NCBI GenBank assembly: GCA_963825175.1
Contig: CAWGSA010000002.1
Span: forward strand, 2,270,346 to 2,334,345
DNA: 64,000 bases
Direction: 5' to 3'
Source: an uncultured Acidobacteriota bacterium
Lineage (GTDB): Bacteria > Acidobacteriota > Thermoanaerobaculia > UBA5066 > Gp7-AA6
Part shown: one piece after another, positions 38,526 to 46,780 of the stretch
Position numbering within the stretch: the first letter of the stretch is position 1
Layout: the number at the start of each line of letters is the position of its first letter
Made by a program: the position numbers and the translations under genes
Notes under the pieces: generated by a model
Database searches by the model: none
The model's input: only the letters and a program-made list of their open reading frames with translations
Told to the model about the DNA's origin: nothing

Positions 38526-39518
38526 CTACCGGATCCTCAGGACCTTGACCGGCTCGAGGTCGACTTCCCGGCCCAGGCCGAACCTGGGATCGTGCCTCAT
38601 CGCTCCGTGCAGAGATTCGCGCAAACCGGGGCGCAGCGCGATCCAGTCTTCGCCGAACACGCGAACGGTGTCCGAGAGATCGGCCGCGTTGTCGCGCGAA
38701 AGGCTCCGGAGCTGGTCTCGCGTCAGAGGAGGATCGGGGATCCAGCCGCGGCGCGCCATCCACTCGAAGCACGATGCCAGGATCGCGCCCCACCAGAGCG
38801 GGAGGTGGAGCAGCGGCTTGCGGGGCCTGCCAACCGCGATCGCGATCTCCCGATAGACGTCGTTCAACGCGAGCGTGGCCGGACCGCCGACCTCGAAGGT
38901 CCGGCCGACCGTCTCCGGCTTCTCCAGCGCGTCGGCGAAGACCCGAGCCACGTCATAGATCGAGACGGGCTGAAACCGGGTCGTGCCGGGCCCGATCACG
39001 GGAATGAAGCCGGGGTTGCTCCGCACGATTCCGGCCAGCAGCGAGAAGAAGCCGTCCCCGGGCCCGAAGATGATCGAGGGACGGAAGATCGTCCAATCCA
39101 GACCCGACTCCCGGACAGCCTTTTCGCCGGCGGCCTTGCTCCGGCTGTATGCGGAGAGAGAGTCGGGCGAGGTTCCCATCGCGCTCATGTGCAGGAGGCG
39201 ACGGACGCCGGCCGAATCCATCGCCGCGATCACGTTGGCGACCCCTTCGTGGTGGACCCGCTCGAACGTCTGACCGCCGTCCTCGTGGATGATGCCGACC
39301 AGGTGCACGACCGCCTCCTGCCCGAGGACGGCTGAAGCGAGCGAGCGCGGGTCGAGGACGTTGCCCGATCGGCTCTGGACGGGCCGGTTGTAGCGGTTGC
39401 GCGTCGCGGCCTCCCCGCGCGCCAGGACCGCCACGGCGTGACCGCGCCGCAGCAGGGCGTTGACCAGATGCGTCCCGACGAACCCGGTGCCACCGGTGAC
39501 GAGGATTTTCAATTCCAC
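38526..39518 (-). CDS. NAD(P)-dependent epimerase/dehydratase-family (NmrA/CIA30-like) protein
   Basis: MELKILVTGGTGFVGTHLVNALLRRGH.. Rossmann GxxGxxG. 330 aa. Confidence 0.75.
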   Translation of the reverse strand: MELKILVTGGTGFVGTHLVNALLRRGHAVAVLARGEAATRNRYNRPVQSRSGNVLDPRSLASAVLGQEAVVHLVGIIHEDGGQTFERVHHEGVANVIAAMDSAGVRRLLHMSAMGTSPDSLSAYSRSKAAGEKAVRESGLDWTIFRPSIIFGPGDGFFSLLAGIVRSNPGFIPVIGPGTTRFQPVSIYDVARVFADALEKPETVGRTFEVGGPATLALNDVYREIAIAVGRPRKPLLHLPLWWGAILASCFEWMARRGWIPDPPLTRDQLRSLSRDNAADLSDTVRVFGEDWIALRPGLRESLHGAMRHDPRFGLGREVDLEPVKVLRIR

Positions 39519-39574
39519 CTCCGTTCGGCTCTATTTACCATGTCTCGTTCAGGTCGACCCTTGCGCTCCAGTGC

Positions 39575-39662
39575 GAGACGGGGGACAGGCCGACGGGGGG
39601 ACAGGGGGGGAACTCCCGCTCTCGGTCTCACCCCGTCTGCCCATCACCCCGTCACCCCGTCC
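39575..39662. repeat. Inverted tandem-repeat element: (GACGGGGGACAG)x2-type units, 19-nt core, (CACCCCGT(C))x3
   Basis: It spans from the epimerase start to the recG stop. The last recG codons and the stop lie inside the right array. Confidence 0.65.
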
Positions 39663-41665
39663 TCCCCCCGGGCCACCCGAACAGATCGCTCGCGATCCTC
39701 TCTCCTCTGCCCATCCTCTCGATGACCGCGCCCCTCGCCTGCGCCAGACGGGCCAGATCGCGCACCGGATCGGCCACGCGCATGTCGGCAAGCCCCGACT
39801 GTCTCTGCCCGAGGAGATCGCCCGGACCGCGGGTCTCCAGGTCCTTCTCCGCGATGACAAAGCCGTCGGAGGTCTCCTCCAGGATCGCCAGGCGCCGGCG
39901 GGCCTCCTCTCCGGCCTTCTCTCCGACAATCAGCGCGCACCACGACCGCCGCAAGCCGCGTCCGACGCGACCCCGCAGCTGGTGGAGCTGAGCCAAGCCG
40001 AAGACCTCGGCGTTCTCCACGATCATCAGGGTTGCCTCGGACACGTCGACACCGACCTCGACCACCGTGGTGGCCACCAGGATGCCGATGTCCCCGGCGG
40101 CAAAGGCGGCCAGCACGCGAGCGCGGTCTTCGGGCGGCATCCGGCCGTGCAGCGTCCCGATGGCGGCGCGCGGAGCGAGAGCGGCGATCCGGACGGCCGT
40201 CTCCCGCGTGGCAGCGACCTCACGCTCCCCCTCCTCGATGGCCGGAACGACCACGTACACGCGCTCCCCGGCGGCCACCCGCTCGGCGGCGAACCGATAG
40301 ACCTTCTCGCGAGACCGCTCCTCCCGGATGCGCGTCACGATCGTCGAGCGCCCGGGAGGCTTTTCGTCGAGGATCGACACGTCGAGCTCCCCGTAGACGG
40401 CCCACGCCAGGGACCGCGGGATGGGCGTCGCGGTCATGACCAGCACGTGGGGGCTCGTGCCCTTGCCGAAGAGCCGCGCTCGGTGCGCCACGCCGAACCG
40501 ATGCTGCTCGTCGACGACCACCAGCGCCAGGTCGCGAAACGCAACGGGGCTCTCGATCAGGGCGTGCGTTCCCACCAGGACGTCGATCTCCCCGGCGGCG
40601 AGCGCCGACAGGAGCGCGCGCCGCGGGGCGCCCCGCACGCGGCCGGTCAGGAGGCCCATCCGAACGCCGCCTTTCTCCAACCAGGAAGCCAGGCTCGCCG
40701 CGTGCTGCTCGGCCAGGATCTCGGTCGGCGCCATCAGCGCCGCTTGCGCTCCATTCTTCGCCGCGAGCAAAAGGGCCAGTCCCGCGACCACCGTCTTTCC
40801 GCTTCCGACATCGCCCTGGAGCAGCCGGGCCATGGCGCGGCCCGAAGACAGGTCCGCCGAGATCTCTCGCAAGGCGCGTTTTTGGGCGCCGGTGAGGCGG
40901 AACGGGAGAATGGTCCGGGCCAATGCGCGCACACCTTCGTCGGCAGCGAGCACGCGGCCAGACCGCTTGCGGAGCCGCGCCCTCTTTTCCTCGATCCCCG
41001 CGGCGAGCACGGTGAGCTCTTCTCCCGCCAGAACGCGCCGGGCGGATTCGGCCTCTTCCAGAGTCCCGGGAAAATGAGCCCGCTCGAGCGCGGCGCGGAT
41101 GGCCAGCGGATCGGCGCTCGCCGTCTCGAAGTCGGCCGTCAGCCCGTCCAGGGCCCGGCGCGCCAACGACCTCCAGACGCGAGGGGCCATTCCCGCCACG
41201 CGGTGGTAGACGCCGACGATTCTTCCCGAGTGGAGGGGATCGGCCTCCTCTCCCGGCAGGACCACTTCGGTCTCCGGGTTCTCCAGCCGCAGCTCTCCGC
41301 GGGGCGTCACGGCCGGATCTCCATAGAGGATCACGGGCCGGCCCGAGCGCAGGGCCTCGGCGAAGGACGGATAGCGGTTGTGCCAGACCACGCGCGTGGA
41401 TCCCGTGTCGTCGCTGGCGATCCCCTCGATCCGCAGCAGACCCCGCCGCATGCGGGCGCTCTGCACGCCGGTGACGCGCACGAGCAGCGTCTGCGGCCTG
41501 CCCCGCGGAGAGCGCCGCCACGGTGCCGTAGCGGCTTCGGTCCTCGTACCGGAAAGGCAGGCGCAGCAGGAAGTCGCCGACGGTCTGGATCCCCTCGTGC
41601 TCCAGCCGGGAGGCGCGGGCCGGACCCAGACCGGGCACCCGCGAGACCGGTTCGCGCGGACTCAC
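39652..41665 (-). CDS. recG: ATP-dependent DNA helicase RecG, with an apparent 1-nt frameshift near 41502 (CCCC/GGGG run)
   Basis: The N-terminal 51 aa (GIQTVGDFLLRLPFRYEDRSRYGTVAAL) are in the frame of track ORF 40220..41665. The wedge and helicase body (TLLVRVTGVQSARMRRG..., GDVGSGKT, DEQHRFG, TATPIPRS) are in the frame of ORF 39652..41481. Removing one G from the gcgggg run restores a 671-aa RecG. Confidence 0.8.
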
Positions 41666-41702
41666 GCGGGCCGGGTCGAAGGCGCGCCGCGCCGCGCCCG
41701 CC

Positions 41703-42489
41703 TCACGCTCCCGTGTCGTAGAAGGTCAGCTGCACGAGGCCGAACTTGAGAGCGTCGCCGTTTTTGATCGAGGCGGGAGTCCCTGTGGCCAGCCGGGTCT
41801 CGTTGACGAACGTACCGTTCATCACGCCGATCTCTTCCATGACGTAGAAATGCCCGGCGAGCTGGTAGAGCTTCGCGTGCCGCCGCGACGTGGACCTCTG
41901 CGGATCGAGAGTCGAGAGGTCGACGTCCGGAGTGATGCCGGTCACCGGATCGGCGCGGCCCACCAGCGTGTCTCCCTCGCGGTTGAGGAAGAACTCCGCC
42001 TTCCCCTCCGGGGCCACGAGGCGGCACACGTCCCGCTCCGGCGCGGCGCGGCGCGGCGGCGGTTTCTCCTCCTCCGGGACCTGCCGGCCCAGCGACTCTT
42101 CCAGCATCGCGGTGACCTCGCGCAGCCTCCGAGAGAGCTTGCGCATCATGCGCACCGCGATCTCCGTGTTGCTCTTCAACATCGTGTCGAACATCGCGCC
42201 GTTAATTTTCACGAGCTCGACGTCCGTCTTGGCGCGGGCCGAAGCCGTGCGCGGGAAGATCTTCGAGAACGCTCATCTCGCCGAAGAAGTCTCCCTTCTC
42301 CAGGGTCGCCAGGACCCGCGTCTCGCCGGCGATCTGTTTGAAGAGCTCCACGATCCCCGCCTGGATGATGAACATCTCCGTGCCGATATCCCCCTCGGAG
42401 AAGATCATGTCCCCCATCGGGTGCGCCACGATGTAGCGCTCGAAGGGGTTCTTCCCTCCGGCCGGACCGGACTTGAAGACCGCCTTCAT
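41703..42489 (-). CDS. Cyclic-nucleotide-binding domain / FHA domain fusion protein, with an apparent 1-nt frameshift near 42254 (CCC run)
   Basis: cNMP domain (DMIFSEGDIGTEMFIIQAGIVELFKQ..TLEKGDFFGEMSVLEDL) in ORF 42202..42489. It continues in the -1 frame as PRTASARAKTDVELVKINGAMFDTMLKSNTEIAVRMMRKLSRRLRE, then the FHA domain (LVGRADPVTG..VSRRHAKL..NGTFVN). The start overlaps the ldcA stop. Confidence 0.65.
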
Positions 42490-43430
42490 CGGGTCTCCCC
42501 GCGGGCCGGGGCGACGCCCGGCTCCAGGAAGGAGAGTTTCCCGATTCCGTCCAGATCCAGGCGGACCCGGGTGCCCAGCGGCAGCGTGCGGGGTCGGCGC
42601 AGGTGACCGGCGGGAAAGTTCATCGCGACGGGAAACTCCGCACCGCGAAAACGGAGCCGCAGGTACTCCCCGATCTGCTCCGGAGAGTCGGTCCGACCGC
42701 CGGGAAGCACCGAGCCGATCACCATGCCCCGCAAACCATCGAGGGTACCCGAGCGTTCCAGCTGGGTCAACAGACGGTCCAGGCGATAGGTCTCCTCGCC
42801 GATGTCTTCCCAGAACAGGATGCTGTCGGTCGCCGGAATGGATTCCCGCGTCCCGCAGAGCGACGCCAGCAGCGACAGACAGCCCCCGATGAGCGGGCCT
42901 TCCGCGCGGCCAGAGGCGAGAATGTCCTCCGCGGCGAATTGATGGATCTCGGGAATCGAACCGGCGAGGACGCGCTCCCAGTCCAGAGCCTCGGGTCCCT
43001 CGTCCGCCAACTGCACCGCAACCATCGGTCCGTAGAACGCGACCAGGGCGGCTTCTCGCATGAGGAACGCAAAGTGAGCGGTCAGATCGGACGATCCCAG
43101 ATGGATCTTGGGATGCGCGCGGACCTCGTCCGGATCGAGGAGGGCGAGAACGCGGGACGCGCCGTAGCCTCCCCGCGCGAAGAAAATCGCGTCGATGGAC
43201 GGATCGGTCAGCAGGCTACGATATCCGGCCGCCCGCGCCGCATCCGAACCCGCGAGGAATCCCAGTCGAGATCGCAGATTCGCGGCCTCGGCGATCCGAT
43301 AGCCCTTGGCCCGCAGCGCCGACAGTCCGCGGTCGAGGCTGTCGAGGTCGACCGGGCCCGACAGCGCGGCGACTCCGATCGTCGCGTTCGGCGCGAGGCG
43401 ACGGGGCTTCAGCAAGAGTCGAGATTCCAA
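42486..43430 (-). CDS. ldcA: LD-carboxypeptidase (peptidase S66, LdcA/MccF family)
   Basis: IGVAALSGPV.., GGYGASRVL, HLGSSDLTAHFAF, with the catalytic S/E/H region. TTG start. Confidence 0.75.
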   Translation of the reverse strand: MESRLLLKPRRLAPNATIGVAALSGPVDLDSLDRGLSALRAKGYRIAEAANLRSRLGFLAGSDAARAAGYRSLLTDPSIDAIFFARGGYGASRVLALLDPDEVRAHPKIHLGSSDLTAHFAFLMREAALVAFYGPMVAVQLADEGPEALDWERVLAGSIPEIHQFAAEDILASGRAEGPLIGGCLSLLASLCGTRESIPATDSILFWEDIGEETYRLDRLLTQLERSGTLDGLRGMVIGSVLPGGRTDSPEQIGEYLRLRFRGAEFPVAMNFPAGHLRRPRTLPLGTRVRLDLDGIGKLSFLEPGVAPARGETR

Positions 43431-43440
43431 GGCCTAAGGT

Positions 43441-43516
43441 CCAAGGTCCAGGGTCTCAGGTTTGGGCGCGGGATGCACTTTGGACTCTCGACCTTCGACC
43501 TGAGACTGCTTCTTCG
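43441..43516. repeat. Inverted tandem-heptamer element: (AAGGTCC)x2+AGGGTCT, core, (TCGACCT)x2, closed by the perfect 8-bp inverted repeat GTCTCAGG/CCTGAGAC
   Basis: It lies between the 3' end of rnpB and the ldcA start. Confidence 0.65.
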
Positions 43517-43539
43517 CCACGCGAAAAAAGCTCTGAGCG

Positions 43540-43914
43540 GGCCGATAAGCCGAATTCTGTTCCCCTTCCGGGGCCGCGATCATTCCTCTACGCCCGAGGT
43601 CGCCCTCGGGCTCCAGCAGCCGACCCGGAGACGGCCCGCGCGAGGCGGGACGGGACGGGCACCCACCGTCTCCCTATTTGGCCTTGCTCCGCATGGGGTT
43701 TACCGTGCCCCCTCCGTTGCCGTCGGGGCGGTGCGCTCTTACCGCACCGTTTCACCCTTGCCGTCCGGCTCCAAAAGAAGCCGGAAGGCGGTCTGTTCTC
43801 TGTGGCACTTTCCTTCGCGTCGCCGCGACCGGGTGTTACCCGGCATGCCGCCCGTTCTGGAGTTCGGACTTTCCTCCCCGATGACTCGGGGCGATCGTGT
43901 GGCCCGCTCAGAGC
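43540..43914 (-). ncRNA. rnpB: RNase P RNA (bacterial type A)
   Basis: The reverse complement contains GGAGGAAAGTCCGAACTCC (P4 5' strand), CAAGGGTGAAACGGTGCGGTAAGAGCGCACC (P10-12), CGGTAAACCCCATGCGGAGCAAGGCCAAATAGGG, and ACAGAATTCGGCTTATCGG (P4 3' strand). The P1 helix GCTCTGAGCGGGCC/GGCCCGCTCAGAGC is followed by TTTTTT. The overlapping track ORFs are spurious. Confidence 0.85.
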
Positions 43915-43960
43915 CGGGCGCATCTTAACATTTCCGTGGAATCTCGGCCGCGACTCCCCC

Positions 43961-44410
43961 TCACCGCTCCCGATTCTTCTCGTCCTCGAAATAGCGCAGC
44001 CAATCGTCGACGTCGACTCTCTCCTCGCCTCCCGCGGAAGCTCGAGAGGGGCCCGTACCCAGCCGGCTCCAGAACTGGTCCGGCGCGAGCGCGCGCGCCC
44101 CGAGGTCCCGCACGCGCGCGATCAACGCGCGGTCCGCGGTCACGACGGTGCATTCCCTCGGGGCGCGGGACCGCCGGATCTCCCGCACGATCGCGTCGTC
44201 GGCGCTGCTGCCTCCGGAGGAGCGGATCGCCAGGCTGCCCAGCTCGGAATCGCGCTCGCCGCCGCCGTCGAAGAAGAGGACGGCCCGGGCCTTCGTGCGC
44301 CGAAGCCGGTCGGCGATCTCCGCGACGAGGGCGGCGCGGTCCTCGGTCGACGGACGCGCAGATCCGCGCGCCGATCCGATCAGGTTGTTCCCGTCGAGGA
44401 AGTAAGGCAT
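43961..44410 (-). CDS. NYN-domain (YacP/Rae1-like) predicted ribonuclease
   Basis: MPYFLDGNNLIG, AVLFFDGG, ADDAIVREI and VVTADRALI align with the YacP NYN motifs. Confidence 0.65.
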   Translation of the reverse strand: MPYFLDGNNLIGSARGSARPSTEDRAALVAEIADRLRRTKARAVLFFDGGGERDSELGSLAIRSSGGSSADDAIVREIRRSRAPRECTVVTADRALIARVRDLGARALAPDQFWSRLGTGPSRASAGGEERVDVDDWLRYFEDEKNRER

Positions 44411-44477
44411 CGGATCGTGCGCGATGAAGCGATGTGCGATTGGGCGAATGGGTCCGGGTCCGGAGAGGCCCTACAAG

Positions 44478-45077
44478 TTATATATTGTTCTCTCCGCGCC
44501 GGGGATGTTGCAGTCGGAACAGGAGGAGTTGAATCGTCCGTCCGACGCGCGGCCGATGCAGGAGCAGAACGAAGGCGAGGCCGGCAAGAAGGATGGCCGT
44601 GAACAATGGCTGAAAGAAACAGAGAGTCGCCAGCACCACCGCCACCGTGTCTTCCGCCAGGGACAGAAGAAACTGCGTCGATCCTCGGATCGCGGCGGTG
44701 GACGTCAATCGGGTTGTCGACTTGGCCAGATGCGCTCCCAGGGTGGCCAGGGCCGCGGCGATCCCGGCTCCGACCCGCCCGAAACCGGCGGACTCCGGCA
44801 GGCACGCCAGCGTCAGAAGCACTCCGACCACGGGGCGCAGGAAAGTGTGGGCCGATTCCCAGAACCGATCCACGACGGGAATCTTGTTGACGACGAACTC
44901 GGCCACGAAGAGCACCAGAGCGATCTGGAGCACGATCGGGCTGGAGAGAAACGGCGTGACGCCGCCGGGAAAGTCCTGCGGCAAGAGGCGCACCAGCCCC
45001 TGAAAGAGCAGCAGTACCGCCCAGGCGTTGAGACCGGCCGCGGCGGCGAGCCCCAGGCCGGTCAGGAGCGCCATCAC
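44478..45077 (-). CDS. DUF4126-family membrane protein
   Basis: Four to five TM helices (MMALLTGLGLAAAAGLNAWAVLLLF.., IVLQIALVLFVAEFVVNKIP). The start overlaps the upstream gene. Confidence 0.55.
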   Translation of the reverse strand: MMALLTGLGLAAAAGLNAWAVLLLFQGLVRLLPQDFPGGVTPFLSSPIVLQIALVLFVAEFVVNKIPVVDRFWESAHTFLRPVVGVLLTLACLPESAGFGRVGAGIAAALATLGAHLAKSTTRLTSTAAIRGSTQFLLSLAEDTVAVVLATLCFFQPLFTAILLAGLAFVLLLHRPRVGRTIQLLLFRLQHPRRGENNI

Positions 45078-46759
45078 GTTCGGCGGAAGAGACGCGAGAG
45101 GAGGCCGGGCCTCGCGGAGTCTCCCGCGTCGGGGGGAGATTGCGAGCCCAGGTCCACCTCGCCGGCCGACGCCGGACGAGCGGAGGCCGGGATCGGAGGC
45201 CGGGGAGGGGCCGCGGGAGCAGGTGCCGGCGGCGAGGAGGGCGGCGCCGCGGGCGGTGGCGGAGGCGGCGCCTCCTTGGCCAGAATCGACTGGAGCAGGG
45301 CCTGGTTTTCGGCAGACGGATCGAGCCCCACCAGCCGCCGTCCGAAGATCTCGGCGTCATAGGACTGGCCGTGCTCCGCGAGAGCTCGTGCGGCGGCGGC
45401 CAGGAAATCCTTGTTGCGGGGCGCCAGACGCGCCGCTTCCTTCAGGTTCGCCAGCGCCTTGTCCGCCCACCGCGCGTTCTTCAGCTCGACCTGGGCCAGC
45501 GCGAATCGGTACTCGGCGTTGTCCGGCACGAACCGGATCGCTTCCCGCAGCATCTCCACGGCCGGGTGGTAGTCCTTCTCCGCGATGAGCTGCTTGGCCC
45601 GCCGGAAGCTTTGCGCCGCCATCTGCTCGCGGACCTTCGGGTCCGACACGCTGTCGGACACGAGCACCGGCGTGGGCGCTTCGGCCAGCGAGGCATCGTA
45701 TTCCGTGCGCTTCTGCGAGTCCGACAGCGTCTCGTGCGCCTTCTTCAGTCGATCGAAGACCGCGGCGAGCTCCTTGGCGAACTGGGTCAGGTCTTCCCGG
45801 TGACGCAGGTCGGGATGAAAGAGCCTGCTGCGTTCGAAGTAGGCCTGCTGGATCTGGTCCCCGGTCGAATCCGGTTTGATGCCCAGGAGCTCGTAGTGCG
45901 TCAACCAGTCGATGCGCCGATACGTGTTCTTGACCAATTCCGCGTGCCCCGGGGCCCGCTTGGACGCCTCCGCGGCCACCTCGATATTCAAGCGGTCGAC
46001 TCCCGCCACATGTTCCACCGACGCCGGCGGTGAGCCTTCCGTCCGCCACTCCACGATCCCGCAGGAAAGAAGCGCGTAGAGGGTCTTCGCCGTCGCCCCC
46101 CGCGACGCGCCCCCGATCTTCAGCAAGGAATCGAGATCGAGGCTGCCGTCGATCCGCGATAGAAGGTACGCCTCCTGCGGCGTCAGCGGAAGGTACTGGT
46201 AGCGAGACATGGGGTCGGGGGAAAGGATCGCCACCCGGCGGCCGTCGCCCAGCCGCTCCCGGAAGATCTCGGTCTCCGGCAGTCGACGGATTCCCTCAAC
46301 GATGATGGCGGCCGTGGAGAGCGACAGCGCCACGTCGGGATCGAGCACGCCGGTCGAAGACTGGAAGCGGTACTCTCCGTCCGCCCATTCGAACGTCGAG
46401 TAGACGATCTCCTCCACCAGCCGCCGCATCTCGGCGTCGAGCACCGCGCGGGAGACCAGGCCCTTTTCCACCAGGATCTTCCCCAGCCGCGCACGGCCCT
46501 GGCGCGCGACGGTCTCCAGTGCCCAGGAGATGTCCTGGTCCGTGATCCAGCCGCGCCGCTTCAGGAACGCTCCGATGCGCTGCCCCTCCCGCGACGAGGT
46601 CGCCGTGCGCAGCTCTCCCTTTTCGAAGAAGAGATGCCGCGTCTCGTCGCCGTGGACGAGCGTCAGCGTTCCCTTCAGACGCTCGAGAAAGATCCGCCGC
46701 AGGACCTGCGGGAGCGGCGTCTCGCTGAGCGACCCTCGGAATCCTGGTGACTTGTCCAT
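45074..46759 (-). CDS. DUF4388 (PATAN-like) - J-domain - TPR protein
   Basis: N-terminus GSLSETPLPQVLRRIFLERLKGTLTLVHG (DUF4388 signature). J-domain YELLGIKPDSTGDQIQQAYFERSRLFHPD (HPD motif). TPR-like C-terminus and a Pro/Ala-rich tail. Confidence 0.75.
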   Translation of the reverse strand: MDKSPGFRGSLSETPLPQVLRRIFLERLKGTLTLVHGDETRHLFFEKGELRTATSSREGQRIGAFLKRRGWITDQDISWALETVARQGRARLGKILVEKGLVSRAVLDAEMRRLVEEIVYSTFEWADGEYRFQSSTGVLDPDVALSLSTAAIIVEGIRRLPETEIFRERLGDGRRVAILSPDPMSRYQYLPLTPQEAYLLSRIDGSLDLDSLLKIGGASRGATAKTLYALLSCGIVEWRTEGSPPASVEHVAGVDRLNIEVAAEASKRAPGHAELVKNTYRRIDWLTHYELLGIKPDSTGDQIQQAYFERSRLFHPDLRHREDLTQFAKELAAVFDRLKKAHETLSDSQKRTEYDASLAEAPTPVLVSDSVSDPKVREQMAAQSFRRAKQLIAEKDYHPAVEMLREAIRFVPDNAEYRFALAQVELKNARWADKALANLKEAARLAPRNKDFLAAAARALAEHGQSYDAEIFGRRLVGLDPSAENQALLQSILAKEAPPPPPPAAPPSSPPAPAPAAPPRPPIPASARPASAGEVDLGSQSPPDAGDSARPGLLSRLFRRT

Positions 46760-46780
46760 TGGGGTGGTCCGCCGACAATT

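Noticed and set aside
43588-44602. ORFs 43588..43923(-), 43678..43884(+), 43802..44602(+), 43897..44427(+), 43908..44153(-)
   Set aside because: They overlap the RNase P RNA gene and the NYN-domain gene. The RNA-gene assignment explains the sequence conservation better, and their translations have no features.
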